A stretch of DNA of 64,000 nt from contig JBDRNU010000026.1 in assembly GCA_043810775.1 (NCBI GenBank), forward strand, positions 1 through 64,000, in the 5' to 3' direction. The notes beneath the pieces are model-generated. The model was not told where the DNA came from and ran no database searches. It worked only from the letters and a program-made list of their open reading frames with translations. Below, piece after piece: positions 38,180 through 47,183 of this stretch (positions are counted from its first letter, which is position 1; every line of letters begins with the position of its first letter). This DNA is from an archaeon. Lineage in GTDB: Archaea; Nanobdellota; Nanobdellia; Pacearchaeales; GW2011-AR1. A program made the position numbers and the translations under genes.

Positions 38180-38620
38180 ATGATAAACCTAGCTAAGATA
38201 ATTAAGCAAAAATTCCACAATGACTGCGGGCCTGCAGCTCTTGCTACAGTTTTCTGCTATTACAATAAATGCCAGGACTATCCAGAACTGCTAAAAAAAT
38301 CTGAGCTGTCAAAAGGTACAGATAATCCAAAAATGAAGGAAATGGCTGAAGAAATCGGCTTCAAGACATTTACTAAAGAAAATTCCTCTCTCGAAGACAT
38401 TAAAAATTATCTTGCAAGAAATATTCCAGTAATTATAAACTATATTGAACCAGAGCTAAACTGGGGGCACTATGCAATAATAACTAATATTAATGACAAG
38501 ATAACTCTTGCCAATCCAGATACAGGCAAGCAGGAAAAAATGGAAATCAGCGAATTTGAAAAAAGATGGATTTCAGGTTCAGGCAAGTACAAGCGCTGGA
38601 TGCTGGCTGTCTTTAATTAA
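38180..38620 (+). CDS. Peptidase C39-like protein
   Basis: Q....DCGPAAL, GHY, ANP. Confidence 0.85.
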   Translation: MINLAKIIKQKFHNDCGPAALATVFCYYNKCQDYPELLKKSELSKGTDNPKMKEMAEEIGFKTFTKENSSLEDIKNYLARNIPVIINYIEPELNWGHYAIITNINDKITLANPDTGKQEKMEISEFEKRWISGSGKYKRWMLAVFN

Positions 38621-38636
38621 ATCAATCAAAATAGAA

Positions 38637-39017
38637 TTATCCTGTCTTAGCAATAAAAAGCTCCACTAACGAGCCCCTGTCTACAAGCTCTTCAGCATAC
38701 TTCCTGACTTCCTCTATTCCCGCTTCATCACCTTCATTAACCATATCCATAACAGTCATAGCGCATTTCTTTGTATCATGAAACATAGCTAACTTGCCTG
38801 TTTCGTTTAGTAAGTGTTCTTCAAGCTTAAAAATAGTACCATTTGTTGAATCAAAAAGTGCAAACTCCCCTTGCCCCTTAAAAACAGGAGCAACACTCAA
38901 ATATGTCTGCAAAATAGTGCCTAATAAAGGAGAATAATCAACACCAGAAATACTTATATTCCTTTTAATGTCATCTTCTATATGAGATTTAACATAATCA
39001 ACATTTGCATTTGGCAT
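38637..39017 (-). CDS. Hypothetical protein (ORFan)
   Basis: 126 aa with its own promoter. Confidence 0.6.
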   Translation of the reverse strand: MPNANVDYVKSHIEDDIKRNISISGVDYSPLLGTILQTYLSVAPVFKGQGEFALFDSTNGTIFKLEEHLLNETGKLAMFHDTKKCAMTVMDMVNEGDEAGIEEVRKYAEELVDRGSLVELFIAKTG

Positions 39018-39056
39018 TTTAAAGCTATAATCATTATATTCTTAAATGTTTCTATT

Positions 39057-39578
39057 TTATTTAATAAAAAACCACAGATAAAATACATTCATAATAGTAT
39101 ACCCTAAAGTAATCACCAATGTTAATATAAAAATCTTTGAAGATTCTGGGATAATAAAACCTAACAAGATTAGAATAATTGCATAGATGATAAAATAAAC
39201 TTTAATGTATTTTTTCAATTTATTGAGATTCTCATTTTTAAGACAAAAAATTCTTGGCATCATAAAAACAGCTGCCCAAAAGCTAAACATTCCTATCTGA
39301 TTCGCATCAAGATTCAACCAAGGAGCGTTTCCAAGTAAAAACCATTCAAACATCAATCCAAAAGTGCTTGCAATAATGTAATAAAGAATTTCTGAGTAAG
39401 GTTTCCTAATTTTATTTATGATTTTGCCTAAGAAATAAGCAAAAGTTAAAAGAGTAAAATATATTATAAATGTAAAAAGATATGAATTAATATTTTTTAA
39501 AATAAGTATATTTAAAACAAATTCTGCAACTGTGGCGAATAGTATTCCTATAATAATAAACTTAAAAAATTTGTTCAT
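39057..39578 (-). CDS. Multi-pass membrane protein
   Basis: About 6 TM segments. Confidence 0.7.
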   Translation of the reverse strand: MNKFFKFIIIGILFATVAEFVLNILILKNINSYLFTFIIYFTLLTFAYFLGKIINKIRKPYSEILYYIIASTFGLMFEWFLLGNAPWLNLDANQIGMFSFWAAVFMMPRIFCLKNENLNKLKKYIKVYFIIYAIILILLGFIIPESSKIFILTLVITLGYTIMNVFYLWFFIK

Positions 39579-39654
39579 TTTGAAATCCTCACCATATCTA
39601 AATCATCAACTAACTGACTTTTCTTAAACTTTTCGGTTAATTTTTTGTCTTTAA

Positions 39655-40611
39655 TTAAACTAAAAAATTCTCCTTATTAGTGACTATTCTTTTTCCAAAG
39701 CTCAAAATAGCTATCTTCCTAAGAGTATTGGGAAATTTCTGCTTCATTAGTTCAAGCTCTTCCTGCAGTTGCGAAATGCTGGGATAAACAAAATCTACTT
39801 CATAATCCCACAAGCCCAGCATCTTAGTAATATATCTCACATTTTTATTAGACATAATATAATTCTCAAATTCACTGGTTTTTTTTAAGTTCTGCACCTG
39901 AAATAATAACTTAAAAGTATTATACTTAAATTTTCTCAAGTCCAAAGTTAAAAAATATCCAGTTATCACTCCATCCTTTTCCAGCTCCCTCATTCTGGCA
40001 GAAACAGTCTTTGGTGAAAGATGGGTTTCCTTTGCAATATCTACAACATTCATTCTAGGATTATATCTAAGAACAAGAAGAATTTTTTTATCAGTATCAT
40101 TCAAGGAAATTTTCTTGCCTTTTTTGAAAATCTCATACATATTATGAATGGGCTTTTCATGAATAAAACTATGCCTAAAATAAACCTGTTTAAAAATTAT
40201 CTGCATATCCTTCTGATTTATCTTGCCTGCAAACTTCCTATTAAACTCACTTTCCTGAAAAATTAAATCATCAAAATTATTTACTAGAAAGCAAACACAT
40301 AAGTCATAAATCCCATAAAATCTTGCAGCCCATAAAATATTCTTATACTTTTTAACCTCCCTAATCACTTCATTCTCTGTCTGCTCGTCATAAAAATCAA
40401 AAGTATAATACACCTTCACCATAGTATATCCTAAAATCTCATTATTCAGGCCAGTGGCATTGTGAAGCATGTACTCTTTTAGTTTTTCAAATCTTAATGC
40501 AACAGAATTTTTAGAAAGCCTAACCTTTTTCCCAATTTTAGAAAAACTTTGTCTAAAATTAATATCAATCTCCTTTAGTATGGCATAATCCTTTGCATCT
40601 AACTTCTCCAT
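39655..40611 (-). CDS. Tandem (double) Lrp/AsnC-family transcriptional regulator
   Basis: Two HTH plus RAM modules (LDAKDYAIL...GIYD; LNDTDKKIL...GLWD). Confidence 0.88.
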   Translation of the reverse strand: MEKLDAKDYAILKEIDINFRQSFSKIGKKVRLSKNSVALRFEKLKEYMLHNATGLNNEILGYTMVKVYYTFDFYDEQTENEVIREVKKYKNILWAARFYGIYDLCVCFLVNNFDDLIFQESEFNRKFAGKINQKDMQIIFKQVYFRHSFIHEKPIHNMYEIFKKGKKISLNDTDKKILLVLRYNPRMNVVDIAKETHLSPKTVSARMRELEKDGVITGYFLTLDLRKFKYNTFKLLFQVQNLKKTSEFENYIMSNKNVRYITKMLGLWDYEVDFVYPSISQLQEELELMKQKFPNTLRKIAILSFGKRIVTNKENFLV

Positions 40612-40812
40612 AAAAACAAATGCACTCTTAAATATAAAAATCTTTGTCTTTTATAATAAGACACAAAATACTATCACCCACTAAAAAATACTTATCTGTC
40701 ACAGATATATAAGATATGATCATACTTTAACCCATTAATTAACTGCGAAACTTCCAGTATGTCATAAAATTCAACCATGCTAGTTTAAGTAAGATTATTC
40801 AGTAAAAAGTAT

Positions 40813-41958
40813 ATGCACAATTCAACTTCTTCACTGTCTGTAAAAGAACTTGAAAACCTGTTAACAGAAGGTAGATTTCCAATTACTCCAAAATCTGAGC
40901 AAAAAAAATTTATAAGAGACCCAATAAGTAGAGACATTGTAGTATTTTGCCCAGAAAGAGACCAAATTCCAGCTAATATAACAGAGCTTCAAACAACTCT
41001 GGCTCAAACTAAAGATAAATCTCAAAGCTGCAGAATCTGCGAAGGAAAAACAACAAAGATTGAAGGTGTAAAAAGAACTGGTCAAGATACTTTTACATTT
41101 TATAATAAAAACCCATTCCCAGCACTAAGTCGAACTGGAATTGAAAATATCCTTCCAGATTCTTCAGAACCAACAAAAAAACTCGTGGGTGAAAACTATT
41201 TATTATGGGTATCTAATGAGCATAAAGATATCCACCAACTATCTCATAAAGAGCATCAGGCCTGTTTTGAACTGCTTGCAGAACTTGAAGGAGAACTCCA
41301 CGGAACCGGATTTGTTTATATTTTTAAAAACACTGGAGCAGAAGCAGGAGCCTCTCAAGAACACGGGCACTATCAAATAGAATTTCTGAATACTCTTCCA
41401 AGAATAATTGAAGAAAACAAAAAATTTGCAATGACATTTAATAAATCAAGAGTAGCTCACTGGCTAGACTCAACACCCAAAGAACTCGAAGTTAAAGATT
41501 ATGAAAATGCAAGAATAATAATCCCTCCATTTATGAAAACACCTTGGAGAGCTATAATTCTTGCAAAAACAAATCATCCTGATAAAATGCTTAATCTAAG
41601 AGGTTGTATGGAGGATGGAGGCATACAAGACCTTGCCGCAGCTACTTCTGATATGGCTTATGCCCTAAGTCTGCTAATGCCTGCTCGGGGTTTTCCACTT
41701 TCTTATAAGCTCATTTTCCACACACAGCACACCCACCTGGGAAGAACAGGCCAGATGTATATAGAAGTTATACCTCTTCTGCAAAAAATGGGAGGGTCAG
41801 AAGAAGGAGGAGTTTATTTTCCCAAAGATTCCCCTCAAAAAGCATCAGAAAGATACCGAAGATGTTTTGATAATTATATCTTTGGAAGAGAAGAAGATTC
41901 CAGCCAGCCCTCTTCCAATGAAGTATTTAAAAATTGTATAGCCCCACTATTAAACTAA
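40813..41958 (+). CDS. GalT-like (HIT-superfamily) nucleotidyltransferase
   Basis: RDP....V...P.R, C..C, NPFPAL, FKN.G..AGAS..HGH.Q. Confidence 0.8.
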   Translation: MHNSTSSLSVKELENLLTEGRFPITPKSEQKKFIRDPISRDIVVFCPERDQIPANITELQTTLAQTKDKSQSCRICEGKTTKIEGVKRTGQDTFTFYNKNPFPALSRTGIENILPDSSEPTKKLVGENYLLWVSNEHKDIHQLSHKEHQACFELLAELEGELHGTGFVYIFKNTGAEAGASQEHGHYQIEFLNTLPRIIEENKKFAMTFNKSRVAHWLDSTPKELEVKDYENARIIIPPFMKTPWRAIILAKTNHPDKMLNLRGCMEDGGIQDLAAATSDMAYALSLLMPARGFPLSYKLIFHTQHTHLGRTGQMYIEVIPLLQKMGGSEEGGVYFPKDSPQKASERYRRCFDNYIFGREEDSSQPSSNEVFKNCIAPLLN

Positions 41959-41968
41959 AAGAAGTAAA

Positions 41969-42634
41969 TTACTTATTGAAAATTTCTTCCCTGACTTTCT
42001 TTCCGTATTTATGGGCAAGAACAATTGGTTCAGGAAGCTTATGTGGCTTGACTATATATTTCTTAGTGAATTCAATCGCACTCTTTAAGCTTACTAAATT
42101 TCCAGGGCTGACATAAATAGGCTTGCTTCCTTCCTTACTGACTAAAACCTTTCCAACTTCCTTGCCATCTAATAAAACACTTTCACCTTTTTCCTCACCT
42201 ATGACCAAATTATCAGCAACACCAATTGCAGGAGATCCAGTAGCAATCGAAAAATGACTTGCTAATCCTAATCTCACATGAGCAGTACCATGCCCATGAA
42301 TAAACATAATTTCTGGCTTCACTTCAAGCTTATCATAACAAGATACCATTGAAGGTAGCTCTCTATAAGCCCTAAATCCTGAGATATAAGGGAATTTAAG
42401 TTTGTCTGAAAAATACTCCTGAGCAACAATCTCTCCATCCCTATCTACCACAACAATAGCAGAAATTATCTTATTCTCAAAAAAAATATTATCGCATCCA
42501 CCTACTAATTCTACTTCAGAAAAATCTCGAGAATCCTTAATACTCAAAGTCTTCGCTAGCTTAATCTGCTCATCCTCCAGTTTTTTCAAATTAATATTAT
42601 ACTTTTCAGCTACATCTTCAGGTTTCATGTTCAC
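41969..42634 (-). CDS. nfi: Endonuclease V-like protein
   Basis: PYISGF.AYRE.P, GLASH, PIYVSPG, LPEP; the usual DGxG motif reads HGHG. Confidence 0.85.
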   Translation of the reverse strand: MNMKPEDVAEKYNINLKKLEDEQIKLAKTLSIKDSRDFSEVELVGGCDNIFFENKIISAIVVVDRDGEIVAQEYFSDKLKFPYISGFRAYRELPSMVSCYDKLEVKPEIMFIHGHGTAHVRLGLASHFSIATGSPAIGVADNLVIGEEKGESVLLDGKEVGKVLVSKEGSKPIYVSPGNLVSLKSAIEFTKKYIVKPHKLPEPIVLAHKYGKKVREEIFNK

Positions 42635-42747
42635 GCTCTTTACAAAATATATACAAAGGTATTTAAACTTAAATATATAATAAAATATTAATTAAAAATC
42701 TTTCTCTAATCCAAGGGAAGGAACGTGAGTGTCTTAATTAAGATAAA

Positions 42748-43446
42748 ATGTCAATATTTAGTAAAAAATGCGGAAGATGCAATAAAGAATTAGCCAAGAA
42801 TTTTGAGTTCTGCCCATTTTGCGGAGCTAATCTTAGAAAACAAAAAGAAGAACAAAACTTCGGACTGCTCGGAAGAGAAGATAACTTCTTCGATATGAAT
42901 ATGGTCAGAATGCCTTTTGGATTTAACAAGCTATTTAACTCACTAGTCAAAGAGCTGGATAAACAGTTTAAAGAACTAGACAAAGAAATGACCCACGAAA
43001 TAAAGGAAAAGAAAGTGAAAAAACCTCAGCAGTTTCCTAATAATTCTGGGATTAGCATAAAAATATCAACTTCAACTGGCAAGCAGCCAGAAATAAATAT
43101 TTCTGGATTTGGTCCAGAGTTTGAAAAAATTAAAGATGATATTGAGGAAAAGCCGGTCATAAGAGCACATATTACAGATGAACAAGCCAAAAAATACTCT
43201 AAACTTCCAAAAAAAGAAGCCATGACTAAGGTTCGCAGGCTTAGCAACAAAATAGTTTATGAAATTACCTTGCCCGGAGTAAAATCCCTAAAAGAAGTAA
43301 TAATTAATAAACTTGAAAATAGTATTGAAATAAAAGCATTTAGCAAAGACTCTGCGTATTTCAAACTCCTTCCTGTAAATCTTCCTCTTGTTGATTATAA
43401 ATTACAAGATGAAAAACTAATTTTAGAATTGCAAACTAATCAATAA
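42748..43446 (+). CDS. Zn-ribbon plus HSP20-like domain protein
   Basis: CGRC...CPFCG; C-terminal LPGVK, SIEIKA alpha-crystallin-like region. Confidence 0.75.
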   Translation: MSIFSKKCGRCNKELAKNFEFCPFCGANLRKQKEEQNFGLLGREDNFFDMNMVRMPFGFNKLFNSLVKELDKQFKELDKEMTHEIKEKKVKKPQQFPNNSGISIKISTSTGKQPEINISGFGPEFEKIKDDIEEKPVIRAHITDEQAKKYSKLPKKEAMTKVRRLSNKIVYEITLPGVKSLKEVIINKLENSIEIKAFSKDSAYFKLLPVNLPLVDYKLQDEKLILELQTNQ

Positions 43447-43449
43447 AAA

Positions 43450-43956
43450 TCAATTATTAATTCTAGAACCTGATAATATCTTCTCTGTTTTATCTAGTTC
43501 GCCTCTAAATTGTTCAGGAGTATAAATCTGCCTTTCATCATCAAAAATATAGCTTATTTCTCCATCTAGCTTCAATGAATCATATAATCCTTTTGTTGCA
43601 CTAAGCACCTCTCTTGCCAGTTTACTATCACAAAAACTCGCATGGCTTCCACTGCTCACTTCAGCAACTAAAAAAAGATCTTTGCCTTTTAAATAATCTG
43701 GAAGAGTTTCTAAATCTAAATTTCCCCATTGCCATAAACCAACTAATTCATCAGGCACATCAATAAAAGGCTGTTCTCTGCAAAGTAGTCTCCCATCACC
43801 TTTTGAAAACTTAGTCCACCCCTCTCTCTTGTCATAAAAGCAATTAAAAGCTGGATAAATACTTCTTAATAGTTCAGAAACACTGCTTCTTACATTAGCA
43901 AAATCTATTTCAGTTTCACCAACAGCTAAAATCTTTCCTTGCAATGAATGGCTCAT
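43450..43956 (-). CDS. Hypothetical protein (ORFan)
   Basis: 168 aa; flanked by an 11-bp direct repeat. Confidence 0.6.
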   Translation of the reverse strand: MSHSLQGKILAVGETEIDFANVRSSVSELLRSIYPAFNCFYDKREGWTKFSKGDGRLLCREQPFIDVPDELVGLWQWGNLDLETLPDYLKGKDLFLVAEVSSGSHASFCDSKLAREVLSATKGLYDSLKLDGEISYIFDDERQIYTPEQFRGELDKTEKILSGSRINN

Positions 43957-44003
43957 CCTGGTTTAAACAAGTAAACAGTTTATAAGAATTATTATACTTG
44001 AAC

Positions 44004-44768
44004 TCAATAAAAATATTTCAAAGCTTCTTCAATACTTCCAACCTCTATGACTTGGACTCCAGTTTCTTCAGTAAGATTGACTTTTCTTGGCTTAGTTTCA
44101 GTAGTGCACAGCTCACTAGTGCCAAAAGTCTCGCAAGAATCTTCAGATTCATACACTATATCTCTGCTTTGTAATAAAGGAACTAAAAAAGTCTTAGCAC
44201 CAGCATCTCCTGCAGCTTTTGCCTTTGCAAGTATCTCTGAAACAGGACCTATGCTTCCATCCCTATTTATAGTTCCAGTAATCATTACATCCTCCCTTAC
44301 ACTCTTGCCTTCGATAGCAGCAATAGTTGCAATTGCCAGTGCCGCTCCTGCACTCGGCCCACCAATAATACTCGCATTTGCCTTTATAGAATAAATTAAA
44401 TCATAATTATTTACATCTTCTTCAGAAAGTTCTCCTGCAACTAACCTGGCTATTCTTATGCTATGCTGAGTATCTGCCCAAAAAAGAAGATTATCTATAT
44501 CAGTAAGAGTTCTCCCGCTTCCAGGCATTGCCTCAACAAAAAGAACAGTGCTAACACCATTACCATCAGAATCAACAGCAGGAAGCATCATACTCAGTAA
44601 AGTTAAATCCCCTTCCTGAATAAAAACAGGCTCAAACTTGCCTTCATTTTCAATATTTAATTCACTAGGGCTATAAATCACTAAAAGAAGCTCCAAGACA
44701 ATTAAAATAAAAACTATAGCTAGCAAATACCTCCAAAAATAATTCTTAGTGACGCTCTTTTTAACCAT
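44004..44768 (-). CDS. Membrane-anchored Lon-like (S16) serine protease domain
   Basis: GPSAG, ITGTI..DG.IGPV, catalytic Lys; N-terminal TM. Confidence 0.88.
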   Translation of the reverse strand: MVKKSVTKNYFWRYLLAIVFILIVLELLLVIYSPSELNIENEGKFEPVFIQEGDLTLLSMMLPAVDSDGNGVSTVLFVEAMPGSGRTLTDIDNLLFWADTQHSIRIARLVAGELSEEDVNNYDLIYSIKANASIIGGPSAGAALAIATIAAIEGKSVREDVMITGTINRDGSIGPVSEILAKAKAAGDAGAKTFLVPLLQSRDIVYESEDSCETFGTSELCTTETKPRKVNLTEETGVQVIEVGSIEEALKYFY

Positions 44769-44776
44769 TTCTGATA

Positions 44777-45847
44777 TTATTGAAAAACCTCAATCTTATC
44801 AGACAAAAAACCTTTAATAAGTTTTGCCTTTTTATCGTCAATTCCATCAAGTCTCACAAGCTCGCTAGTGTCAGAATAAAGAATTCGTTTTAATTCCTTA
44901 AAATTACTAATTAATAAATCAATCTCATTTTTATTAAGGGGAGATTTAGAAAGCAGCCTATAACCTAAAGGGCCAAAATTAATCTTACCTTCATCTTGCC
45001 CATTATTTCTGGAGTAATTGTCTATTATTTTTTTAGACTGCTCAAATGTGGGAGTCTTTAAAGATTTAATTTTCCTAATTACATCATCTGTACGAAAGTA
45101 GCGGTCATAATCTTTCTTTAGATTATTAATTTCCTCCTTTAAACCACTAGTCACAATATTATACCTCGCTTTAAGAGTCTCTCCATACTTGCCAAGCTCC
45201 CCAATATAAATTGAACTCATTTCACAATCTCTAAAAAATAAAATTAATCTATTAATAATTTGAGCTAAATCACTAACACTGACTAAAGAAGAAACTTCAA
45301 GCAAATCAAACTTCTTTAAGTACATATTTAACTCCACCCTCTGCCCTTCCAAGTTTTCTACAACTTCTCTAGCCTTATATAAAAGTTCACTTAAATCACT
45401 AAGTACATGCCTCTGATTTCCATAATATACTGAAATCAAAGAAGATTTTTCTGAAACAGAAATAACAATAGTGCCAAGTTGTTTGGCAGCTCTCTCAGCA
45501 GCCTTGTGCCTAGTGCCTGTCTCCTCACTTTTAATCTTAGAGTCAGGAATAAGCAAAGCATTGGCATATAAAATCTTCTTAAGTTTTGAGTCAACAATTA
45601 TTGCACCATCCATCTTAGCTAGCTCAGCAAGCTTGTTTGAAGTAAATCTAGAATTAATTGCAAAACCTCCATCAGCAATATCTTTTGCAGACTCAGATAA
45701 GACAATTAAAGCCCCCCTATTAGATTTGGAAATTCTCTCTAAAGCTTCCCTAAGCTCACTACCATAAGAAAAAAGCTTCAGGACATCAGCCAGATGATAG
45801 TCTTCCATAATCTTATTTTCAACCAGTTTTTTTTGAGCAGTTTCCAT
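44777..45847 (-). CDS. disA: DisA-like diadenylate cyclase
   Basis: ELAKMDGA, ETGTRHKAAER, helical linker, PLGYRLL, C-terminal HhH. Confidence 0.88.
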   Translation of the reverse strand: METAQKKLVENKIMEDYHLADVLKLFSYGSELREALERISKSNRGALIVLSESAKDIADGGFAINSRFTSNKLAELAKMDGAIIVDSKLKKILYANALLIPDSKIKSEETGTRHKAAERAAKQLGTIVISVSEKSSLISVYYGNQRHVLSDLSELLYKAREVVENLEGQRVELNMYLKKFDLLEVSSLVSVSDLAQIINRLILFFRDCEMSSIYIGELGKYGETLKARYNIVTSGLKEEINNLKKDYDRYFRTDDVIRKIKSLKTPTFEQSKKIIDNYSRNNGQDEGKINFGPLGYRLLSKSPLNKNEIDLLISNFKELKRILYSDTSELVRLDGIDDKKAKLIKGFLSDKIEVFQ

Positions 45848-46005
45848 CTTAACCTCTTTTGTTCACAAAAGATAAACCTTGCCAATATTTATAATTTTCT
45901 CTTATGACAAGTTCAAATTAATTGAAATAGATTTTTTACTTTTAAACCTTTGTTACCACTTAAAGAATTAGAAATGTTAGATGTTAGGGCGTTGATGAAA
46001 ATCAA

Positions 46006-46305
46006 TTACTTATTTCTCTTTTTATACATATCAGTCCATTCTTCACTCAAAGGCCATCCTTCAAATTTTTCACAAGGAAAAAGCTCACAATCTTTTGAAC
46101 AAACTTCAAGCTTTTTCTTAACACAACATTCTAAAACAGGGCAACCAACTCCTTCTTTATTTAATTTATCTACTGCCTCTTGTGTTTTTGTGCAACCTTT
46201 ACAAATACCTTTTACATGAAGACCACAAGTTGTGCAACAAATCCCACAACACCCCACTAAAAGAGCCTTATCTTGTTTAGGATTTTGCTGTTCCATATTA
46301 CTCAA
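46006..46305 (-). CDS. Cys-rich small protein (DUF3795-like)
   Basis: CCG.CC..C, C.GC, C....CC, C..C..FPC. Confidence 0.75.
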   Translation of the reverse strand: MSNMEQQNPKQDKALLVGCCGICCTTCGLHVKGICKGCTKTQEAVDKLNKEGVGCPVLECCVKKKLEVCSKDCELFPCEKFEGWPLSEEWTDMYKKRNK

Positions 46306-46393
46306 TTAAAATTAAAGTTTATAGACTTTCCGTTCAAACTTCCCGCTTCACCTCCAAAAATAAAAATTCTCGTTCAAATCCAAAAGGCGAACC

Positions 46394-46543
46394 ATTAACT
46401 AACTCTATGCAGGAAGTTAATGTGGTGAGGTAATATCTTACATCAGTAAGATTTAGTCTCGCCTCTTCAGAATTCCTTTGAATTCTGAGAGTCGTCAAGA
46501 ATCTTTGATTCTTGAGATTTGCCAAGCTTTTTAAAGCTTGACT
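46394..46543. repeat. Dispersed hairpin element copy C (long form with two extra hairpins) abutting the tRNA-Ile 3' end
   Basis: Near-identical to copy B, plus tcagaattc-cttt-gaattctga (46467-46488) and tcaagaatc-ttt-gattcttga (46495-46515). Confidence 0.9.
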
Positions 46544-46544
46544 A

Positions 46545-46632
46545 TGAGCCTGCACGGATTTGAACCGTGGACCCCTGCCTGTCTGAGTTTACATATCAGA
46601 GCAGTGCTCTAACCTGGCTGAGCTACAGGCTC
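46545..46632 (-). tRNA. tRNA-Ile(GAU) with a 13-nt intron at 37/38
   Basis: GAGCCTG/CAGGCTC acceptor stem; CTGCT-CTGATA[TGTAAACTCAGAC]A-GGCAG; intron TCAG pairs with CTGA (BHB-type helix). Confidence 0.9.
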
Positions 46633-46745
46633 ATAAGTCTGTAGAAAGCATAAACTCTCAAACTACTACAGGCTCATAAAGAAACAACTTTTCTACCATT
46701 TAAAATACTTACGATTATAGAAAAGTAAAAAAATAAAAGAAAAAG

Positions 46746-47084
46746 TTAGCTAGATTGAATAACTAACTTGATTCCAGTCACTAAAGCCCAAACCCAAGCT
46801 ACAGCTATAATCAAAGCTCCAAGATAAAAAACTACTATTAAAACAAAAGCTCCAATAATAGTAAGCACGAGTTGCCAAATTCCTGCCTTAACTTTTCCCC
46901 CCACCAAGCTTCCAACTCCTGGAATTAAAATATTCAGTATCAAAGCAACCACTGCTAAAAGCAAGTCACCCCCTCCCTTCTTTAAAACAACTGGCTGAGG
47001 TAATTTCCTTGGCGCAGCTTTTTTTGCAGCCCGAGATTTCTTCGCTCTAGTCGCTGATTTTTTAGATTTTTTCTTTGCAGGCAT
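46746..47084 (-). CDS. Lys-rich N-tail membrane protein, Stum/SPEC3-like
   Basis: Start MPAKKK; ILNILIPGVGS...GIWQL...AWVWA pattern. Confidence 0.65.
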   Translation of the reverse strand: MPAKKKSKKSATRAKKSRAAKKAAPRKLPQPVVLKKGGGDLLLAVVALILNILIPGVGSLVGGKVKAGIWQLVLTIIGAFVLIVVFYLGALIIAVAWVWALVTGIKLVIQSS

Positions 47085-47183
47085 CCTACCATTTACCTCC
47101 TTTTTATATCTTATAATACCATCAAACATTTATAAAGCTTCGTAAGGTTTAAAAAACACCTTTTACATCAATCTTAAAGAAAA

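Noticed and set aside
45970-46000. GTTAGAT/GTTAGGG core-site-like motifs next to the DUF3795-like gene
   Set aside because: No complementary arm or attC-like palindrome nearby
46334-46555. 73-aa ORF
   Set aside because: Starts inside tRNA-Ile and runs through the hairpin element; likely spurious
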